DNA of 8,660 nucleotides. Source: Candidatus Heimdallarchaeota archaeon. GTDB taxonomy: Archaea; Asgardarchaeota; Heimdallarchaeia; Heimdallarchaeales; Heimdallarchaeaceae. The stretch spans positions 1 through 8,660 of the forward strand of contig JAUWPI010000131.1 in assembly GCA_030611665.1 (NCBI GenBank). The letters run 5' to 3'. The position numbers were made by a program, and so were the translations under genes. How positions within the stretch are numbered: position 1 is the stretch's first letter; every line of letters begins with the position of its first letter. Positions 1 to 6,147 of this stretch are shown here, in pieces. The notes under the pieces are model-generated. The model saw only the letters and a program-made list of their open reading frames with translations. It had not been told where the DNA came from and ran no database searches.

Positions 1-269
<269 letters not shown>

Positions 270-372
270 TTAAAATAATAAAAAAAGAATTAAATTATCA
301 ACAATTGATAATAGAAAGATTTTTGGATTGAACCAAGAAAAGTGAAAAAGTAGCAACTTGATTGTGACAAAA

Positions 373-1020
373 ATGAGCAAGTTTGAACAAAAAGCCCCAA
401 TACTACTCTATGCAATTGATATTGTTGATGGTCATCTGATAAAAGAAGAAGGAGAGTTTGGTCGTTGGGTATTGATAACCACTAATAACGAAAAGATCTA
501 CAAGATAAGAATTAATGGTACAATAGTAGATAAATATCATAGTGCAAGCGATGGAACCAAGAAAGCATTCACAACACTAACTTTAGACGATGGAACAGCA
601 ACTGTCAGAATAAAAGCTTGGGAAGAAACCGCGGAATTCCTGAATAGTTTTATTCTTGGTAATGATGTTGATTTAATTGGAAAGCCTAGAACAAGTGAGG
701 ATGAAGTGTATATCTTACCTGAATCAGTGGTTATGATTGAAGATTCAAATAAGGAGCTTTACCTACGTGCTAAAAAAATAAAGCGATATACAAAAAAGAA
801 TCTAATTATATCCAAAGAAGTACAACCCGTTCCTGAGCACAATCAAGAACAAAAAGAGAAAATATGGGTGTTGATTTCAGATTCCGAAGAAGGAGTGGAG
901 CTGGAAGAAATTATCGTTGAAACCAAATTGGATAAAACAACTGTTGAATCAATCATCCATGATTTGCTTAATGATGGGGATATATACGAACCAAGTGCTC
1001 TGAAATTTAAAAAGATTTGA
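373..1020 (+). CDS. OB-fold nucleic-acid-binding protein with C-terminal winged-helix domain (RPA32/RPA2/Stn1-like architecture)
   Basis: ORF 358..1020. The track start at 358 is TTG; the first ATG is at 373 (MSKFEQK...). The OB core IRINGTIVDKY...FTTLTLDDGTATVRIKAWEE...DLIGKP resembles the RPA32/tRNA_anti-type OB pattern (v.G.V..k....f.lDDgTg.i....w). The acidic linker and tail EGVELEEIIVETKLDKTTVESIIHDLLNDGDIYEP look like a winged helix. Confidence 0.65.
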   Translation: MSKFEQKAPILLYAIDIVDGHLIKEEGEFGRWVLITTNNEKIYKIRINGTIVDKYHSASDGTKKAFTTLTLDDGTATVRIKAWEETAEFLNSFILGNDVDLIGKPRTSEDEVYILPESVVMIEDSNKELYLRAKKIKRYTKKNLIISKEVQPVPEHNQEQKEKIWVLISDSEEGVELEEIIVETKLDKTTVESIIHDLLNDGDIYEPSALKFKKI

Positions 1021-1031
1021 TAAAGTTTGTT

Positions 1032-1481
<450 letters not shown>

Positions 1482-1542
1482 CTAATAAGTGTTTAATGAA
1501 GAAAAATAAATAGATTCATAAAAATATTTGTAAGGTAAACGT

Positions 1543-1548
1543 AAAAAA
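1543..1548 (-). terminator. oligo-T (T6) archaeal-type terminator immediately after the permuted 5S transcript
   Basis: The minus strand reads ...CCUUGCUAGG-UUUUUUACG. The T6 run starts right after the closing helix, and the sequence beyond it is very AT-rich. Confidence 0.45.
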
Positions 1549-1729
<181 letters not shown>

Positions 1730-1751
1730 CAAAAACAAAGAAAATAGATTG

Positions 1752-1767
1752 CTTTTTAAGTTTACTA
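1752..1767 (-). promoter_or_regulatory. BRE/TATA-like promoter for the permuted 5S transcript
   Basis: The minus strand reads UAGUAAA-CUUAAAAAG followed by 22 nt before CCUAGUAAGG. This puts the TATA-like box about 27 nt upstream of the first base of the closing helix. Confidence 0.4.
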
Positions 1768-1856
1768 TTAGCGACAAATGTTTGTTAATTCAGAGAACAA
1801 CTTCAAAGAGGTCGAAATGTCCATTGGGTTCTTGAAAATGCGGTTAATTTATAGAT

Positions 1857-2732
1857 TCAGACTAGTTTTTCTTCCAAAGTTCTCTCTCTCGCTTTTTTTG
1901 CATTAGCAGATATTATTGTTTTTCTTACTAATTTGATTCCGAAATAAAGAAGAATCATCCCTAGAAATATTAAGTTAACATACCAAAACTGTTTAGGTAA
2001 ATAATCGTACCACATATCTATTGGTATAAAATGAGCGAAACGGGCTATTTCAACAATGAAGCGTATATATCCTATGAAAATTGCATAAATCACAGTAATT
2101 AACAGCAATCTTTTCCAATGCTTTATCTCTGTAATTTCCTTTTTCTTTTTGTATTTCGCAAAAATTCTTGGTAGGAACATTCCCGTATTTGTCAAATAAT
2201 CAAGATAAGTAGTTCCATATTCCTTCAGAAGCGTCTTTTCTTCTAGTTCAGAAATAACAATTAGAAATACGGCTATCAGAGACCACGACAAAATCGATCC
2301 TATTCGTATATAGGGATGAATTGCCCATGGAAGATAGAGTGAGTTGGCCAAAGTCATTAAAATCAACCCCAAGTGTTGTGGATGTCTACTGAACTTATAG
2401 GGACCCCCTACAGCTAAACCTTGATTATTTCGTTTGACTTTGGCTAGATGTATTAACCCCCAAACAAATAATATCAAACCAGCTATAAACAGAATTGCTT
2501 CGATTACTATTAGAATTATGAGAGCAATTTCCGATCGTATTTGTATTAACATTAGCATCCAAGTTTTTCCAAAAAACGAGAAAATCCACCAAGAGGCAAA
2601 GGCAATAGGCAGATACCAAGCCATTGAAATAAGTATACCAGCAATAACTGGAGAGTAGATCCAAACTAAAGATAGGAACCACATTGCTTTTTCCAGTATT
2701 TTCACAATCAATCTTTTATTTTCTTTGTCCAC
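1857..2732 (-). CDS. isoprenylcysteine carboxyl methyltransferase / phospholipid methyltransferase (ICMT/PEMT) family membrane protein with an extra C-terminal two-TM extension
   Basis: A 291-aa polytopic ORF. Family motifs are GLAVGGPYKFSRHPQHLG (consensus L.t.G.Y...RHP.Y.G) and ELEEKTLLKEYGTTYLDYLTNTGMFLP (consensus EE..L...fG..Y..Y...t..f.P). The start is GTG at 2732, with TTTATAAA about 25 nt upstream (leaderless-type). An alternative ATG is at 2684. Confidence 0.8.
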   Translation of the reverse strand: MDKENKRLIVKILEKAMWFLSLVWIYSPVIAGILISMAWYLPIAFASWWIFSFFGKTWMLMLIQIRSEIALIILIVIEAILFIAGLILFVWGLIHLAKVKRNNQGLAVGGPYKFSRHPQHLGLILMTLANSLYLPWAIHPYIRIGSILSWSLIAVFLIVISELEEKTLLKEYGTTYLDYLTNTGMFLPRIFAKYKKKKEITEIKHWKRLLLITVIYAIFIGYIRFIVEIARFAHFIPIDMWYDYLPKQFWYVNLIFLGMILLYFGIKLVRKTIISANAKKARERTLEEKLV

Positions 2733-2750
2733 AACCCAATAATGCTATAA

Positions 2751-2762
2751 TGTTTATAAAAA
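2751..2762 (-). promoter_or_regulatory. TATA box candidate for the ICMT-family gene
   Basis: The minus strand reads CUUUUUAUAAAC, about 25 nt upstream of the GTG at 2732. Confidence 0.35.
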
Positions 2763-2784
2763 GTTGTTGAGATTTAGCTGAAAG

Positions 2785-2851
2785 GCTGAGATACTCAAAC
2801 GCATGAAATGAAGCTAGTCTTATTAGACTGTGTTTAAAGGGACCGCTCCCA
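2785..2851 (+). pseudogene. degenerate copy of tRNA-Ser(GCU); the first 14 nt are identical to the intact tRNA
   Basis: GCTGAGATACTCAA at 2785..2798 is identical to 3373..3386, which are tRNA positions 1-14. Collinear weaker matches follow: GCTAGTCT vs GCTAATCT, TAGACT = TAGACT, TTTAAA vs TTCAAA, GCTCCCA vs GCTCCA. Together they imply about 16 nt of net deletion. The acceptor and T stems no longer pair. Confidence 0.45.
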
Positions 2852-3212
2852 CCCTCCTCACATGCGTTGAGGGGGAATTGTTATTATTGATAATATTTTC
2901 TCCTTTCTGGACAATGTTCTTTGCTGCATTAATGTGAGTGTTTACCTTAGCATTGCATTTTTTACATGGGGCATAATCATAACTTGTTGATCCTCTATTC
3001 AAGGTTCCACCACAATTATTGTGGAGTCTACTGGTATTTCTTGGGTCAACTAATACAAGTTTAACTGTTCTTTTGGAAATGATTGTAGCTATTAAAACCG
3101 CTTTTTTAAAAAGCTCTAAATTTATAGCAGCACGGTGTTCAAAATTTAAGAATTTCAAAGGTAGGGAATAAGAATTTGTAACTAGCATAGAATTTGAAAC
3201 ATTCGGATTCAA
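2823..3212 (-). pseudogene. tnpB: TnpB (IS200/IS605 OrfB) C-terminal remnant
   Basis: VKLVLVDPRNTSRLHNNCGG...CKKCNAKVNTHINAAKNIVQKG aligns with the intact copy's VVAVDEKWTSKRCSRCNS...CHNCNYELDADLNGARNIAKR. Only about the last 110 aa are present. The first CxxC of the zinc ribbon is lost. The RuvC-III Asp is His (THINAAKNI vs DADLNGARNI). The track start is TTG. The upstream 160 nt are AT-rich and non-coding. Confidence 0.7.
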
Positions 3213-3337
3213 CCTTGAACACCTTCTTCAATATTATATATGAAAAATAGCATGTAAAGTTAGTAAAAAACATTGACAAATTAAATTTATATGTATTGAA
3301 TGAAAAATTTGATTTGTTATATTACACGGACGAAATG

Positions 3338-3349
3338 TTTAAATTTTTA
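3338..3349 (+). promoter_or_regulatory. TATA box candidate for tRNA-Ser
   Basis: TTTAAATTTTTA is centred about 30 nt upstream of tRNA position 1. Confidence 0.4.
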
Positions 3350-3372
3350 TTGTAAAGATGAAACAAGAGCGC

Positions 3373-3455
3373 GCTGAGATACTCAAGTGGTATGAGGGTA
3401 GATTGCTAATCTATTGTCAATAGACTCCCGGGTTCAAATCCCGGTCTCAGCTCCA
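3373..3455 (+). tRNA. tRNA-Ser (anticodon GCU), type II with long variable arm, CCA encoded
   Basis: Manual cloverleaf: acceptor GCTGAGA/TCTCAGC (7 bp); D arm CTCA-AGTGGTA-TGAG; anticodon arm GTAGA-TTGCTAA-TCTAT (anticodon GCT); 13-nt variable arm TGTCAATAGACTC (GTC/GAC stem); T arm CCGGG-TTCAAAT-CCCGG; discriminator T, then CCA. A T-rich tract follows. Confidence 0.93.
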
Positions 3456-3482
3456 TACTTTTCTTTGTATATTACGCCAAAT

Positions 3483-3818
3483 CTAATTAATCAAAGCTCT
3501 TAATCCAAAACCTATTCCATATGCTGCCGCTGCTGCAATACCACCTAATGATAACATCTCCAATCCAGATCGAACAAAGTTCTTTCCTGTTACTTTGACC
3601 TTCAAAGATCCCAGAACAAAAAGAGTTAACCCAGTTAAAATGCAAGCTAGTAGAAACGACATGTTTGGATTAGTTGAAAGATAAGGTACCAATTGAGCTA
3701 TTACATAAGTGATTAATGGAACAAAACCAAACACGGCAAATGACAGAAAAGTTGCAACACCATTTTTTATAGGAGATTCATCTGTTTCAATTATACCTAA
3801 CTCCTCTGCCATGCACAT
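3483..3818 (-). CDS. VIT1/CCC1-family iron/manganese transporter, C-terminal fragment only (5'-truncated; possibly a pseudogene)
   Basis: The 111-aa ORF SPIKNGVATFLSFAVFGFVPLITY...LFVLGSLKVKVTGKNFVRSGLEMLSLGGIAAAAAYGIGFGL matches the last three TM helices of VIT1 proteins (P..aA..s..sF..Ga.vPLl ... fG....g....s......G..a...yg.G). Full-length members are roughly twice this size. An in-frame TGA lies three codons upstream of the ATG, and no N-terminal half is visible nearby. Confidence 0.65.
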   Translation of the reverse strand: MCMAEELGIIETDESPIKNGVATFLSFAVFGFVPLITYVIAQLVPYLSTNPNMSFLLACILTGLTLFVLGSLKVKVTGKNFVRSGLEMLSLGGIAAAAAYGIGFGLRALIN

Positions 3819-4080
3819 TGGGCATCATTTTAGTTCAAATTCTGAGAGAGAATATGAGTAGTATGAAAAAGTAGAGAATAGTTGAAAGTAGAACATTATC
3901 CCGATAGGGAAAAAAGGAAAGGATAGAAGTTTATGAGTCCAAAGCTATAAGTTCTGAAGATGCAAAAACTTCTATTGAACAATCTCTAAATATCCAACTG
4001 CTTTTGTAGATATCATGACGAGTTATTTTCTTCTCAATAGCTTTTACAGTTTTTGTGAAGATTATTTCAAGACTCATCCT

Positions 4081-4296
4081 AAACCAGCGTAGCAAAGGGT
4101 AGGCAAAGTAATATAACTGCACAAAGTGTACAGTACCGGTTTTCTGGAACAGAGACATACAATGCTGTAAATCTGTTCAGAGGAATCATATCTTGTATAA
4201 GGGCACTCATTACCGAACTTATCGAGTAAAAGATGACGATAGGTTCTCGACCTAGCTCGTCGAATCAAATGAAACGACTGATTCTTTGCAGAATCA
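4081..4296 (-). ncRNA. candidate TnpB guide RNA (omega/reRNA) scaffold region; extent uncertain
   Basis: This is the position expected for an omega RNA, starting at or overlapping the tnpB 3' end. Minus-strand hairpins: TCGAC-GAGCUAG-GUCGA (4247..4263); a long imperfect hairpin CUGAACAGAUUUACA-GCAU-UGUAUGUCUCUGUUCCAG (4144..4180); and CUGUACA-CUU-UGUGCAG (4117..4133). The only ORFs here are short, overlapping and implausible. Confidence 0.3.
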
Positions 4297-5841
4297 CTTA
4301 AGCCATTGACCTAAGGGCTGGAAACAATTGAACAGTACTATCTCATGATATTCATCAGTCAGTGTATCTCGAATTAAGGTATAGCCATATTTTGGTTTCA
4401 AAGCATATTGTATCAACCGTTTAGCTATGTTTCTTGCCCCATTCAGATCAGCATCTAGTTCATAATTGCAATTGTGGCAATTGAACTGACCTTGACCTGT
4501 ACGGGTGGTATTAAGTGAGTTACACCTAGAACATCTTTTCGAAGTCCACTTTTCATCAACAGCTACTACTCGATAGGATTCAAAACCATGCTGAGTAAGT
4601 TTGTGTTGAAGTTTTGTAATAAAGAGGCGAAAACTCCATTTATGTAGTCGACCTCTCAGAGATTTGTTACCACTTCCACGAGGACGAAGATTCCTAATAT
4701 GTTTAGGATAGCCAACCGAGATAAACAAGTTATAACGTCTCTTCAACTGGAGAATGAAATCAACAAGTTGGTTAACTGCATAGCCCAGTTCTTGTTCAGT
4801 AATAGAACGAAGTCTGTTACGCAATTGGTAAAGTTTGACATTTAACTGTTTAGTAGATTGACCATTGTTGTTGTTTGTGTCCAACAATTTTTGAATAGTT
4901 CCAATCCGGTTATCTAGTTGCCACATCTTAGCTTGTCTCTCCTTATTGACGATGAAGCGTATTTCATCCATGATTACTTTTCCTGTAGGAGTAAGTAATA
5001 CTGCAACAGCTGTCTTCTTTATCCCTAAATCAACTCCCAACATAGCTGGAGGGTTAGTTGATTGATAAAGAGACACAGTATTTTGGAGGGTAAAATGTGC
5101 CCACCACTGTTGCTCTTTGGAATGATATACCAGTTCTAACGTTTTGACGTTATCCAGTTTCAGCTTCTTCTCATGATAAGGGGAATATGCTAAAGGAAGC
5201 AAAAGTCGCTTATGGTTTCTTTTACCAGATCGGTTTGTATCAAGAGAGTCCCTTAACTCTAGCCAAAGTTTAGCTACGGTGTTCTCAGGTGTGAGAATCA
5301 AGTGAAACCTGTCACTTCTACCACTTCTCGAACCTCTGTATTGAATTCGCGGGGTTTTCTTCTTGAATACTGGTCTACTCATCTCCTTTTTGGAATTCTT
5401 CTGTAGTGTTTTCCAACCGCTATAAGTCCAGATAGCTTTGTCTCTACATTCATTGAATTCATCATGGGAACAGCGAGAGTAACGCTTCTTCAAGTCGTGA
5501 GGGACTTTTGTCCGAAGTTTATTGTGCGTTTTCGTAGACGTTGTAAGGGTCAATTTGTTCAACAAAGATTTGTTGATTGAACCTGTATCTTGGGTCAGTT
5601 TGTCCTCATTGTGTCTGATGATTCGTAAGTAGTCATTGCATATTCTGGTGTCACGTTCGGTAATTAGTCTCAACCTGTCACGTTTCTGAGTTGTCATCAG
5701 TTCAGTCTTTATCCTGAGCTTAACATGAAGGTAGTAAGAAACAGATGGTGTTTGAGACGTGTGTGCTATAACTCTATCATTTTTATGTTTTCCATCTTCT
5801 TTTGTTAGTTCTTTTTGTTTATTGTTTTTTTCAATTTCCAT
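4294..5841 (-). CDS. tnpB: TnpB-family RNA-guided nuclease-like protein (IS200/IS605 OrfB), stand-alone
   Basis: RuvC-I is GVDLGIKKTAVAV. The zinc ribbon is CSRCNS...CHNCNYE. RuvC-III is LDADLNGARNIAKR. ATG at 5841 is preceded by AGGAG 8-9 nt upstream, and the track start at 5850 is GTG. At the expected RuvC-II position the sequence reads LFISVGYPKHIR rather than h-h-h-E-D-L. Confidence 0.9.
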   Translation of the reverse strand: MEIEKNNKQKELTKEDGKHKNDRVIAHTSQTPSVSYYLHVKLRIKTELMTTQKRDRLRLITERDTRICNDYLRIIRHNEDKLTQDTGSINKSLLNKLTLTTSTKTHNKLRTKVPHDLKKRYSRCSHDEFNECRDKAIWTYSGWKTLQKNSKKEMSRPVFKKKTPRIQYRGSRSGRSDRFHLILTPENTVAKLWLELRDSLDTNRSGKRNHKRLLLPLAYSPYHEKKLKLDNVKTLELVYHSKEQQWWAHFTLQNTVSLYQSTNPPAMLGVDLGIKKTAVAVLLTPTGKVIMDEIRFIVNKERQAKMWQLDNRIGTIQKLLDTNNNNGQSTKQLNVKLYQLRNRLRSITEQELGYAVNQLVDFILQLKRRYNLFISVGYPKHIRNLRPRGSGNKSLRGRLHKWSFRLFITKLQHKLTQHGFESYRVVAVDEKWTSKRCSRCNSLNTTRTGQGQFNCHNCNYELDADLNGARNIAKRLIQYALKPKYGYTLIRDTLTDEYHEIVLFNCFQPLGQWLK

Positions 5842-5905
5842 GAATTTCACTCCTAAAAATTGTAAGTGTTAATAAACACTGAAACCATAATCGAATTGGC
5901 TTAAA

Positions 5906-5957
5906 CCAATGGTTCCTCTTCTAGTCTATTCTTTAAAACCAGTAGAGGAACCACTGG
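5906..5957. repeat. imperfect 19-nt-arm inverted repeat/hairpin upstream of tnpB (candidate IS left-end subterminal palindrome)
   Basis: CCAATGGTTCCTCTTCTAG (5906..5924) pairs with CCAGTAGAGGAACCACTGG (5939..5957) at 16 of 19 positions, with a 14-nt loop. Confidence 0.5.
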
Positions 5958-6147
5958 CAGTACAACGTGTATAATTGCTTCAGGAATTCGAATAAGATCT
6001 CAAAAGAACTATTTGTCCTCTTTTCTTCACTCCTTTTTCCTTTTTTTGTGATAAGCGAGGAATTAGCAGCCCACAGGGGGAATTATTGCGTAATTCTCAC
6101 CTATCAAAAACTAGTCGAGTCTTAATGTTATAAACCCCAAGGAAATT

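Larger units (their letters stand above)
3905..6050 (-). mobile_element. TnpB-only IS200/IS605-family (IS1341-like) element; boundaries approximate
   Basis: It contains tnpB but no tnpA. A 19-bp-arm imperfect hairpin lies upstream (5906..5957) and about 390 nt of structured non-coding sequence lie downstream. Imperfect inverted polypurine/polypyrimidine blocks at 3906..3929 and 6025..6050 are the only boundary cue, and they are weak. Confidence 0.4.

Noticed and set aside
295-311. Inverted repeat TTATCAA-CAA-TTGATAA in the divergent promoter region between the methylthiotransferase and OB-fold genes
   Set aside because: It is a short repeat in very AT-rich DNA, easily produced by chance. It could be an operator, but nothing else supports that.
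2425-2682. 85-aa minus-strand and 74-aa plus-strand (2434..2658) ORFs inside the ICMT-family gene
   Set aside because: They are alternative-frame and antisense shadows of a gene with clear family motifs. Their composition is implausible.
3931-4268. Two overlapping minus-strand ORFs (3931..4158, 75 aa; 4074..4268, 64 aa) downstream of tnpB
   Set aside because: They overlap each other in different frames, have no ribosome-binding or promoter cues, give Cys/Arg/Tyr-rich odd sequences, and coincide with hairpin-rich sequence. An omega-RNA or element-end region explains them better.
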